Positions 50,201-60,988 of a stretch of DNA of 64,000 bases are shown here, piece by piece. Origin of the DNA: Raja brachyura. Its lineage: Eukaryota. The notes below the pieces were generated by a model. It saw only the letters and a list, made by a program, of their open reading frames with translations, was not told the DNA's origin and made no database searches. Positions within the stretch are counted from its first letter, which is position 1, and the number at the start of each line of letters is the position of its first letter. The stretch spans positions 15,066,001-15,130,000 of the forward strand of contig OY740821.1 in NCBI GenBank assembly GCA_963514005.1, given 5' to 3'. Both the position numbers and the translations under genes were made by a program.

Positions 50201-53200
50201 AACTTTCAATCATATTGGCAGTGGAACTGTTGTCATATGTTGTGCATATGTAACCAATACAGAGAGCACCATGCAAGAGTGATGTGAGCAATTATATAGA
50301 TATTGTCTCGTTCATTGGTGAGCAGCAATGGTAAACATACCTGCTTACTTGAATATCTATTATCACATTTGCTTGTATCCGCTATCGTCCTTAACTCCAG
50401 TTCTTCATTCTCCAGTTTTGCATAGATAATTACAGTCAGCAAAATAATTAGAAGTGTAAATGAATATGATATTTAGGCAATATGCATTTAAAATAATTTA
50501 TTAGAAGAGGCTAAGAATTAATATAGATAGCACAGAGAATATCACTTGGCCAGCATTTGGGGGCTGAAGCTTAAGAAAATGAGAATGTATACCAGGATAG
50601 AGGTATTTCAGCTACCAGGTTAGTTTGGAGAAGCTGTTGTTCTAGAAGCAGCGACGGTCAAGGGATTTAATCAGTGTACAAAACTGTTTAGATAGTGTAA
50701 GTAGAGGGAGAGCGTACTCATTAGTAGTTGCTCCAAGGATCAGGACACGTGATTTTAAACTTTGGGCAAAAGGGTAAATGAGTGGGGTGGAACCATTTTA
50801 ATGCAGAATGGTTATGCCGTGGAACTCGCCACGTGTTTGGGTGCTGGAATTGGTCCTGGTTTGTGTAGCAAGATACAGTGAAAAACTCTTTTGTATACCA
50901 TCCACGCAGGTCATTTTGTACATGAGCGCAACAGGCAGTGCAAAAGAGATAATTAACAACGTGCAGAATCTGGTGTGACAGCCACAGAGAAAATACAGAT
51001 AATGGGGAAAAAAGCGCAAGGGGGGCGCAAGGGCAATAGATTTGAAGATCAGGAGTTTGTTCCTAGTGCAAGAGATCTGATCAAACGACGGCGAAGCTGT
51101 TCCCTGCTGTCATCGACATAGAATAGTCAATCTGGGCTATAAAAATGGAATTGGATAGGAAAGGGCAGAAAGATTTTCAGAGCTTTGGGGAAGGAACTGG
51201 GGAATAAGATCAATGACCGTGCTCTGCATGAATTGCTGCCTCTTGTGCTGTTTTGATTCTGATTTGTCCAAACCATTCCAACTATTTGAATTAAAATACT
51301 GTCCAGCAGATGGCAGCATTGATGCAACAATCTGTGTTTTTCCCCCAAATGGCATTTTGGAGCAAGCTGATTCTAACCTGCAGTACCTTTTTCTATTCTG
51401 AGAATCTAACCATTTTCTTTATTTCTACAACAGATTTGGGCTACCTATTGCAACAAAAGGTAAGAACAAAATCACTCTGTTTCCAAAATTGTAGATGCTA
51501 TTAAACTTAGAATTCATCTGAGAAAGAAAACCAAGAGCAGCAACATCATCCAACCTCCCCCAAACTTAGTAAACTTGGTGTCAGTGTATTTAGAATAGTG
51601 ATAATGTCAGTGACTGGTGGAGGAGAAATAACTAATATGCATAATGCACATTTTTCCCTTCTCAATATATCCAACAAAAGAGATTATTTGTATCAAGATT
51701 TAAAAAAAATCTTTCTGTTGGACCTGCATTAAATTGTTTTTCTTGCTGTTGCAATTATACCCCATATTATTCCAGCATACTTAATCTATGCAATGCAGTA
51801 TTTAGTGTCAATGCTGCACAGGGCCATTAAAGACATGACCATACAGTAATCTAGTCAATGTTTGAGCATGTATTTACTGTTCTCATGCCTTAAAATGTTG
51901 CCCAAGCTGATGTGTAAAAATGAGTTGTTTTTCTTTTTCAGGTACTGCTGGAAATACTAAAACTGTGGTAAGTTTATGAATATACTTCCCATCAGTCCTG
52001 TATCTCATCTGTTCTGCATCAGCATTTTTGAGTAATTGATTTTTCCCTCCAAACCTTGTGCTCCCATGGAATCAAATATGGTAACAAATACATTGTTTTT
52101 GGTTTTAAAGTCTTTTGATTTGCTGGAACTGAAGTTGGAAAGAACATTGTCCAGTGTTTAAAATGGCTTCCATTTGGAATAGCTTGCAACCTGTGGTCTA
52201 AAGGTGGAGTCCATCATATGCAACAATGCTCTAACCTGAATTGACCTTTATGTGTATATGAATTTACATGTATTTGGAAAAGCACATCATTTACAGTCAT
52301 ATGAATTCAAATATCTATTTCAAATTGATCTTAAAGACTTCTCAGGTTTTTCATCCTTGTTTCATCTCCTGCATTTAATCTTTGTGTGTGTTCCTGTGCA
52401 ATCCATTGTAAGATCATCCACATTCAAGGCACAATATAACCATTGTTTTTCATCTCCATGCTTCAATGTCTGGCTTATGAATATCAATTTTTTTTAAATT
52501 GTCCCATGATTTGTGGCCATACACTTTATTAACCCTCCTTTTAAAGGTGCATGTTAGTGTATTATAGGTGGTGAAAGCAAGCATTATTCTGACCATATTG
52601 GGAGGGAGAAGTACAATTTAGCTAGACTGCAATACATCAAACTTAAATATTCTGAGAGATGACTCTTAATTTTCAGATCAGTGCAGAAAAATTGAGAGAG
52701 AGGGCTGAAAGATTTGGTATGAATGTTTCGTCACTCTCAAAAAAGGTAGGTGCCACCTCTCCATTTAAGATGCAAATTGGGTTTTTTTAGTTGGAACTTA
52801 TTTTCATGCAAGGGCTGGGAAATGGTTGAGTTGCAATTGTTTTAAACAGATAGGCTTAATTTCCAAATTTTGTTCGCTTTTCCTCCTTTTCATATTGCTT
52901 TGTTATGAACAGCTTTCAAATTAAGGGGATGGGCCCCTTCAGCAGTCACTGAGAAGAAGGCAACTTAAAAACATGACTTGCAAAGAAATGGCACACCTCA
53001 GCAGGATGTAAATTCCATTTATTTTTTTAATGGCATTTGCACACATTGATTATGATGAATTGTCGTGGAGGTTCTGGCTAATAGACTTTTGATTACATGT
53101 GTTTGTCTTGATGAGCTTTGAAGGAATTTTGAATGTGTTCGCTACAGATAAGTGTTCCTGGGTCATGGGATACACTTATGAAATCATTCTCGGATATTGA

Positions 53201-56200
53201 TGTTATTTGCGTTACTGAAACCATTCATTATATAATGTATTGTTCAAGCTTTACAAACCTAATGAGAGAATAAATGAGTAGTAGACCTTTGTTTTATAAT
53301 GCTGTTGCAGCGCAAAACAGTAACTGAATTTGTCAATCCCCTCTGTTCCATCTAATAATTAGAGGCGTGTTGACTCTTACATCCAATTACTCGTTGCTAA
53401 CCTGAGTCTGTTGTTCTATTGGAATCTAATTAACGTTTACAACTGTTGCTGGTGCACCTTACAGTTACAATATTTGTTTGAAGGTTTCCAGTTACCAAAT
53501 ATTTCCAGTTTCCAGTTATAAAATATATAAATAATACCTCAAAGTATATATTACACCTAATGTTGTGCATTTTGCAAAGTGCTGGTTGTGGTATTGCTAG
53601 TTGAGTGATGAGTAATGTCGATTTGATGCATGGCAGAAAGGAGGGGATGGACAAATCTGGCTTGTAGGTTGGCTAATTGTTTAACACCTCCTGTCTTTTT
53701 TCCAACCAAGTTTAAAAGTTTAATTATCATAAGGTGTTTTAAATGTTGTCCCCATTTAGACTCCTTGCAGCATGTTGTGAGATAATGACCCGCTTGCTTT
53801 ACATTGAAACCACACTTCTCTGCATTAAATATCCACGTTGCCATTACTTTTGAAACTACACATATTCAGCCATTATTCCATTTTGTGCATGCAGTGAATG
53901 TAAACTTTTATTATGCAGCACACTTCAATGGGCTCCATCTGTCACCTGCGGTTTTTGCTGCCTTGAGTCCGCAAACAATTTGGCTTTGTGTTAAGAGTAC
54001 TGCTTGTGTGAGCCACTTAAGGCAACAATATGTTCTTTCTACCCCCTCCTGAGCTCTTGTGGCGCCCTCCGTCAAGCCACGCTAGTTGATGTAATGAGTG
54101 TTGACAGCAGGATGAACATGACTGGCAGCTACAAAAATTGTAGCCCAGTGAAGTTGTCATTGTCATTGGCCGCTTGCTGTGCGAAGGGACTGATTGTGAT
54201 TGATGTGTGCACCGTCTCTTTGTCTGTCCACAGCACTGTATCGATCTGCTTCATCCCACTTCATAACACAATGGTAACTGCTTACAATGCAAACCTGAGG
54301 GGCCAGGGATTGCAATATCTAAGCCAATGAACAAAACCAAAAGCTAGGTGTGTGTGTGTACAGTCCTGCTTTCCCTTCGGCCTTGTAAATTCCTCCTCAA
54401 GACTAATTTTGAAATGAAAAAGATCCTTTCCTCATGGAACTGTCACATTTTTCTTAATGTCTTCCTGTGATACTCTGAGGTGTAGCCTCCATGAGATGCT
54501 GAACACGTTAAAAATACATTTGTGTAGTTTCGAAAGTGATCGGTAAACTCTGGCATTCCAGTAATATTAAAATGTTCTCTTTATTTGTCTGCATCCAAGG
54601 TGCATTCTCCACAAAACAATTCTAGTATTTGAATGTGGAGAAAATTGACTTCAACTGCAAGAGAGGCTGACTGATTTTGTTTTCTCTCCTTTCCTCTAAT
54701 GACTTTAGTTTTAATTTTCACTCAATTGCTTTGTTCTGTTTGAATTTACACTGCAAATTGAATCCTAGTGCTTCTCTCAAGATGTACTAAAATATACTTT
54801 GGAACTATTTTGTGACATAATTTCCGAATGTTCCTTGTGTTAGTCAGACGTTCAAATTATTTGTTTTAAATGTCATTTTCTTGGTGTTTAAAGACTAATT
54901 TGCCATGTTGAGTTGACTACTTGCGTCGGGGCAATTTGAATGCAGAAAGAAGGAACGGCAGATGCTGGTTTACATTAAAAGAAAGTGCTGGAGTAACTCA
55001 GCGGGACAGGCAGCATCTCTGGCGAACATGGATAGGTACAAAGTGCTGGAGTAATTCAGCGGGTCAGGCAGCATCTCCGGAGAACATGGATGGGTGATAT
55101 TTTGGGTCGGGACCCTTCTTCAGACCGTTTTTTTTTTTTTGTTTTTTTTTTTAAATTAGGGTTGGAGAGAATTTCTTTCCTTGCATTCTTTTGCCCCTCT
55201 AGATCAGTCTGAAGAAGTTTCCTGACTCTCAACATCACCTATCCACATTGTCCAGGGATGCTGCTTGACCTACTGAGTTAGTTCAGCACTTCGAATTTGT
55301 CCTGCTGCCGTGATCCATATTCCCACCTTCAGAGCTTTGTTGTCGTTGCTTCCAACTTGACAAGGATTTGCTTTATGCAAGTTATTTTTGATGGGGGATG
55401 CTGGTGAATTAAATTGAGGTTGCTTGAGAAACTAAAGGCCCGTGTAAGTTACATTGATGGAAGCAAGTGCAAGAAAGGAAGTTTACATTGCCACAAAGTA
55501 AATTCTTTATCACCAGTGCGGTTTAACCAACATCAAGCATACAGTGCGGAATAATTTATTTGGTGTAAAAAATTTTGCTCCTGTTTGAGAAGCTGCTTTT
55601 CAAATTCAGTTTGCACTTTTTTGTAAATAACAACTTTACACCACTTTGTGCAATGGCAACTCAAGCTTTAATGTAACTACAGCTGTTCTGTTCTGTCAAA
55701 CTTGTCATCTGGTGTTGTATTAACATTTGAAGTTTCAAAGGGGAAAGAGATTACGTTGAATCCTCCTGTAATAGTTGTCTTGTCCGGGGAAATGAGAGTT
55801 TCCTGGACAAGACCTACAGTGAGATTGTCACACCAAGGATACAGGAAGAGTGAAGATGGGTGACTGAGAAAGAGCAGTAAACGTGGATTGTAGGAGACCC
55901 CGTTGGCTGTACCTACTGAAAACAGGTATGCCCTCTTGGGAGCGGATGACATGACAAGATTGAGTGGTAGCCAGGGCTGTGACTCCAACCCTGATGCTGA
56001 GGCTCGACGGGGAAGAGTGACGTCAGGCAGAGCCATAGTGTTGGGAGACTCCATTGTTAGAGGTGTGGACAGGAGATTCTGCGGCAACAGGCAAGACTCC
56101 AGGATGGTGTGCTGCCTCCCTGGTGCCAAGGTCCAGGACGTCTCGGAGCGGCTGCACGCCATCCTCAAGAATGAATGGGGAGTGATGGGGAGCAGCCGGA

Positions 56201-59200
56201 GGCTGTTGTGCATGTTGGCACAAATGATATAGGTCGGAAGAGGAAGACGGTTCTGCAACAAGAATTTACGGGAATTGGGTAGAAGACTGAAATGCAGGAT
56301 CTGCAGGGTAGTGATCTCAGGATTGCTTCCAGTACCTCGTGCTAGTGAAGGTAAGATTAGGAAGATGGGGGAAATGAATATGTGGCTGAGGAGTTGGTGC
56401 AGGGGGCAGGGATTCAGATTTCTGGATCATTGGGATCTCTTCCGGGGCAGGGGTGACCTGTATAAAAGGGATGGGTTGCACCTAAACTGGAGGGGGACCA
56501 ACATTCTAGAGGGAAGGTTCTAGGGTTTCAACTAGATTGGCAAGGGGGTGGGATCTCGTGCAGGACAGAGGCATGTGAGAGTCTAGAAGTTGGTATGGAG
56601 GGTGGTATGGGAAAGGTTAGTGGACAGAATAGGCAGGTGAGAGGCGGAGACTGAGGAAGGAGGTTTTATTTACCCTGCACGTATTTTAATGAGAGGGGTG
56701 TGACGCGTAAAGCTGATGAGCTTAGGGCATGGATAGGTACGAGCGACTGGGACATTGTAGCCATGACTGAAACCTGGTTAAGGGAGGGTTCAGGACTGGC
56801 AGCTGAATGTTCTGGGGTACAGGAGCTTCAGGAGAGACAGCGCGAGGGAAACACGGGGGGGGGGGGGGGTTGCATTGTTGGTTAAGGAGGATGTCGTGGC
56901 TGTGTTCAGAGGTGACATTACGGACGGTTCGTCTAGTGAGGCTATATGGGTGGAGCTGAGAAACAAAAAAGGGATGATCACTTTGTTGGGGGTGTATTAC
57001 AGACCCCTGAATAGTCAACTGGAATTCGAAGAACAAATGTGCTGGTAGATTGCAGACATCTGCAGGATGTTGCCAGGACTAGAGGGTGTGAGCTATTGGG
57101 AGAGATTCAGTAGGCTGGGTCTCTATTCCATGGAGCACAGGAGGATAAGGGGTGATCTTATGGAGGTGCATAAGATCATGAGAGGAATAGATCGGGTAGA
57201 TGCACAGAGTCTTTTGCCTGGAGTAGGGGAATCGAGACCCAGAGGTCATAGGTTCAAGGTGAAGGGGAAAAGATTTAATAGGAATCTGAGGGGTAACTTT
57301 TTCACACAAAGGGTGGTTGGTGGGTGTATGGAACAAGCTGCCAGAGGAGGTAGTTGAGGCTGGGACTATCCCATTGTTTAAGAAACAATTAGATAGGTAC
57401 ATGGATATGACGGGTTTCGAGGGATATGGACCAAGCGCAGGCAAGTGGGACTAGTGTAGCTGGGACATTGTTGGGCGAGTTGGGCCAAAGGGCCTGTTTC
57501 CATACTCTGACTATTATGGGGTTTTCAATTTTTCAAATTTGTCTAGCACCATTTAACAAAAAATTAGATTTTAGTTTAGAGATACAGCGTGGAAACAGGT
57601 CCGCGCCGACCAGCGATCCCCGCAAATTAACACTATCCTACACACGGGACAGTTTTTACATTCACCAAGCCAATTAACTTACAAACCTGTACGTCTTTGG
57701 AGTGTGGGAGGAAACCGAAGATCTTGGAGAAAACCCACGCAGGTGACGGGGAGAACGTACAAACTCCGTGCAGACAGCACTCGTAGTCAGGATCGAATCC
57801 GGGTCTCCGGCACTGCATTTGCTGTATGGCAGCAATTCTGCCGCTGCGCCACCGTGATCTTGCAAAATAGTACACAGCAATACCTCGCATTTATGTAGTG
57901 CCTTTAGCATCAAGGACTTGAGTTGCATAATGTGCTACCAGAACAATTGACCAAAGCTTGGTCAGAGGTGAGTTGAAGGAGAGATTGGGAGAACAGTATT
58001 CTGGGTTATATGGAAAGAATAGATAAGGATAATTCCATAGATGTCTTATCTAGATTTCCAGAAGGTATTTAGTAAGGTGCTGCACACACTCGGAGAAAAT
58101 ATTGAGTTAGGAGGTGAGTGGTGGAATAGCTAGTTATCGGGCATCGACATTAAACAGAGTGGCGTAAGGTGGAAAGGTACCACAAGGATCAGTGATGGAA
58201 CAATGTTTGCGGTTTGTAACTATTTGGACTTGGAATCAAAAACATACATCTTGGATGCAATCGGAGGGTGGACACGAAATTGGGGGACAATTATGCCAGC
58301 AACCAGAGACACAAACACTGGCCTTCCCACTTACTGAGTTGGAGAAAATTGCTGTTTCTGCAGAGCCAAATGTCAGGTAAGCATTATAACAGATCTGAGA
58401 GATGCTCGAGAGCATCGCTGCCAATAAGCCCTTGAAATGCAGCCTGTAGACCTGAGGAGAAAAGGGTACTGAGAACAGGATGTTTTGTTCCCCCTGGTTC
58501 CAACTTAATGTGTTGCTTTTGAATTGAAAATCTACTTTTCAGAGGTCTGATTCTAATCCAAGACGTCGACCTATCACTTTGTAGTGTTGTTTGTTGTTAT
58601 CGTCAACACTAAATCATTTGTCATCAGTAAGAGCCTCTTGTTTGTCTTTCAAATTGCTACATAACCAAGACATGGCTATTCTGTGCTTGAGTCCCTTTAA
58701 TAGGGCAGAATCCCACTTGATACCAACAGCTTCATTCAGCATAGCATACTTCACCATTTTGAAGCTGCTTTGTATTGCACAGATGAGTGATGTTTGCAAA
58801 ACGGTGAAAGCTGGGAGGTTGAATTTCAGGTTTTTTTACTTGCGTGCATCAAAAGAGGTGTATTACCAATAAACTAGAACATTTAGAGTCTTGTAGCCAT
58901 TTAATAAGGGATACTCAAAGTTTGATATCCCATTGTATGTTTTCTATTTCTAGCTCATTGAGACATGACTGTACATGAGTTCTTAATGCAGCGGTATATT
59001 ATCTGCCCCACCAATGTCATTATGCTTTACTTGGGTTTAACTGAAGAATTACTTTACTTTAACCCTTTGCTGTCCTGGAGGCACAGGAAACATTGAAACT
59101 TGTGCAATACATTAGCTGTTAGGAATCTTTTTTGACCTATTCATTTCAAATTTTTAATGATTTTTGGCTGCAGGGCAATCCCAGTCCTCTGGTTTTACCC

Positions 59201-60685
59201 AAGTGTTAATTCTTCAGTACTAATGTCTGCCTTGTATTATGTTGCATTGTGCATGCCTGTTGGGCTGAATATATCTGCCCTCGAACAATTTTGATCACAA
59301 TCTTTAATGTGTATTTGTTTTTCTTGTAGACTGAAGATGACGAGAAAATGAAGAAGAGGAAGGAGCGATTCGGAATTGTGACCAGTTCAGGAGGAGGTGG
59401 AGATGATGTGGAGGTAATCAAGCTAGTACAATTATCTAACACCTTGGAAACCCACCAGCTCTACCCTTTAGATATGTTCATAATCAGTTGCATAAAGTGC
59501 AGGTAAATTAACCTTTGGCTGTTAGTTTTAGTACTTTGAAGTCTATGAAGTGATTAAATAATGTAATATGATTATAACTGACAAAGTCTTGATTTTAATT
59601 ATTTTAAATCAAAGATGAATAGACTTGCCAGTGCAGGGTTCAATAGGCGATGGGACCGTGGGTGGAATTCAGATATAGATCAGCTGTGGCACCATGGAAT
59701 GCAAGAACTGTCTCAATGGGCTCCTCTCATTCCTATGTTCTGATCAGTTTGTTGTCATATACACCAAGGTGCAATTAAATTTATTCTTCACATGAAGCTC
59801 GCAGAGTGGACTAATTGGATTTAATTGCATTCCAGTTAAGCGGCTGTAGATATAACATTAAATATGCTATAAAAACCATCCACAGGCTGTGCATAATTTA
59901 TTCCATCAGGAAGAGAATGATGGTGGATGTGAGTGTCCTGATCACCCATTGATCCATGAGTTGTCATAGTGGTATAACCATCATGGTAGTTAGATCATTA
60001 GAGTCGATCTAATGAACAGGCTGTTCCCAGGTAATGAATGGGTTCCCTTTGTACAGGCATCTAAGTCGAGTTTAATCTGTAAATACATAGAACTCACTTG
60101 ATATGATAACTGTATTACCACAGCATTGTAATGAATGGTATCAAAACATAGTAATTGTTCTTTCTTACCAATCCTATCAGTTGAGAGAAAGACGAATGTA
60201 GTTTTGCCATCTGTAGGGAGGAATGTCAGACTTTTGAATTTATATTACGGGAGCTTGATCGTATGTCGGCATGCCAATTAGCTGGGCATTAGTAACCAGG
60301 AAACTGCCGGTAATAAGAACATTATCGTAATTGTAAATCACCCCTTCTGTTATCAAGCTTCTGAACGGTCCTTCCATAAGCTAGGGTACTGTCCAATTCG
60401 CCTCTACCCCATTGTTGACATTGGACTTTGTCTCGGGAACTGATACGCTACAATGCTAAGAACTACATTCTACACTCTGTATCTTCCACTTTGCTCCACC
60501 TAATGCTCTTGAGCTGGACTTGTTTGCATGTATGTATAATATTATCTTATCTGTTTGGATAGCATGCAAAGCAAAGCTTTTCACTCAACTCTGTACACGT
60601 GACAATAATAAAACCTAAACCTTTCCAATCCTTTTTTTCCCAGGCAAAGAAGAGGAAAAGAGCAGAACGTTTTGGGATTGTCTGA
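40808..60685 (+). CDS. SARNP: SAP domain-containing ribonucleoprotein (SARNP/CIP29/Tho1), complete, 209 aa, spliced
   Basis: Exons 40808-40846, 42181-42280, 44048-44094, 46674-46744, 47807-47858, 50037-50110, 51434-51459, 51942-51967, 52677-52745, 59330-59413, 60644-60685 (630 nt, all GT-AG, phases consistent). SAP domain plus five RxxRF[GN] DDX39B-binding motifs. Confidence 0.96.
41382..41530. mobile_element. Young Penelope-derived fold-back element in SARNP intron 1
   Basis: 13-bp TSD cctggaacattga (41369-41381 / 41531-41543), partial inverted arms. Confidence 0.9.
41447..41474 (+). ncRNA. Minimal (type I, dimer-type) hammerhead ribozyme core
   Basis: CUGAAGA-A-GGGUC-UC-GACCC-GAAA-CG-UC: conserved core, 5-bp helix II, palindromic ACGU replacing helix III. 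Helix I is very short and activity is untested. Confidence 0.7.
42181..42280 (+). CDS. SARNP: SARNP exon 2, SAP domain (LTELRQECVSRGLDSKGNKQDLIQRLQAYLEEH)
   Basis: tag/gtaac flanks. Confidence 0.95.
44048..44094 (+). CDS. SARNP: SARNP exon 3 (AEEEVNEEDVLAEDTE)
   Basis: cag/gtag flanks. Confidence 0.93.
44726..44849 (-). mobile_element. Young Penelope-derived element, same subfamily as 41382
   Basis: 11-bp TSD ttagtttgaca (44715-44725 / 44850-44860). Truncated just before CUGAAGA. Confidence 0.9.
44885..45615 (-). mobile_element. CR1 3' fragment with a nested plus-strand CR1 tail (~45215-45370)
   Basis: Minus-strand RGDLIG / RRHKFTVRGERFNRKLRGNFF peptides. Confidence 0.8.
45864..46312 (+). 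mobile_element. CR1 3' fragment
   Basis: [19 protein letters not shown]...WNSLP plus tail. Confidence 0.92.
46674..46744 (+). CDS. SARNP: SARNP exon 4 (EEEQQQKAEPEVEGQTVAAKEPE)
   Basis: cag/gtaaat flanks, phase fits. Confidence 0.85.
47135..47470 (+). mobile_element. Old CR1 3' fragment
   Basis: Degenerate match to 57190-57510. Confidence 0.75.
47807..47858 (+). CDS. SARNP: SARNP exon 5 (TAAKKLVKIVGPLTESE)
   Basis: cag/gtgagt flanks. Confidence 0.9.
48400..49415. repeat. Degenerate ~36-bp minisatellite
   Basis: Approximate consensus ATGGCGCTAAACTGGGCAGTGGCGGCTCAGAACAAA. CTAAA-like anchors at 48896, 48932, 49026, 49060, 49123, 49159, 49195 and 49232, with adjacent full units 34-37 bp apart. 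Confidence 0.8.
50037..50110 (+). CDS. SARNP: SARNP exon 6 (RLKKRAERFNVPGTAESKKAARAA)
   Basis: cag/gtaata flanks. Confidence 0.95.
51434..51459 (+). CDS. SARNP: SARNP exon 7, microexon (RFGLPIATK)
   Basis: cag/gtaaga flanks, 26 nt. Confidence 0.9.
51942..51967 (+). CDS. SARNP: SARNP exon 8, microexon (GTAGNTKTV)
   Basis: cag/gtaagt flanks, 26 nt, restores phase. Confidence 0.87.
52677..52745 (+). CDS. SARNP: SARNP exon 9 (ISAEKLRERAERFGMNVSSLSKK)
   Basis: cag/gtaggt flanks. Confidence 0.94.
54945..55291. mobile_element. Composite Penelope-derived element (tandem plus inverted arms, poly-T spacer)
   Basis: Two tandem arms, then an inverted arm. Degenerate hammerhead cores on both strands. 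Confidence 0.8.
55777..57515 (+). mobile_element. CR1 LINE: ORF1 esterase, ORF2 endonuclease N-terminus, then fused to the 3' end
   Basis: SGNH motifs GDS, GTND (frameshifted) and DGLH. APE motifs AMTETWL, GGGVA and GVYYRPL. Abrupt jump at ~57066 to MLPGLEG..RGDL and the tail. Confidence 0.88.
57564..57857 (-). mobile_element. tRNA-derived V-SINE (HE1-like), young
   Basis: A box tggcgcagcgg, B box ggattcgatcc, V-domain, CpGs retained. Confidence 0.88.
59330..59413 (+). CDS. SARNP: SARNP exon 10 (TEDDEKMKKRKERFGIVTSSGGGGDDVE)
   Basis: tag/gtaatc flanks. Confidence 0.95.
60342..60620 (+). mobile_element. Rex/Babar-type LINE 3' end
   Basis: PSVIKLLNG-like ORF end, then a UTR ending gcttttcact..gtacacgtgacaataataaaacctaaac. 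Confidence 0.7.
60644..60685 (+). CDS. SARNP: SARNP exon 11 (AKKRKRAERFGIV*)
   Basis: cag acceptor, TGA stop. Confidence 0.95.
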   Translation, partial: AKKRKRAERFGIV

Positions 60686-60982
60686 TAACACCTTGCTTTT
60701 TTTTTTACCAAGAATATTTTAAATGTGTATCAAGTAGATTTTTTTTAGGATACTTTTTAAACTGAAAATGTGCTTTATTTCCCTATTGTGTATCAGTTTG
60801 CAGTAATGGTGTTTGCAAGATGTCCGGAATTAGATGACTTATTTAATTACAACTGCTAGATTGTACAATTGCCTCGAGGAATAAGATGCTGCAATGGCAT
60901 GGACTGCGCATCACTGTTGCAGCCAAGAGATAATCTTAGTGGAGCTTTGTGCAGGTACTGTACAACTGAGTGAAATTTGTTA

Positions 60983-60988
60983 ATTAAA
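60983..60988 (+). terminator. Candidate SARNP polyadenylation signal
   Basis: ATTAAA about 300 nt after the stop, followed by GT/T-rich sequence. Confidence 0.45.

Noticed and set aside
59915-60020. C/D snoRNA or miRNA-like hairpins (atgatggt/accatcat, tcattaga/tctaatga)
   Set aside because: Imperfect box C, no terminal box D and only 8-bp stems in AT-rich sequence.
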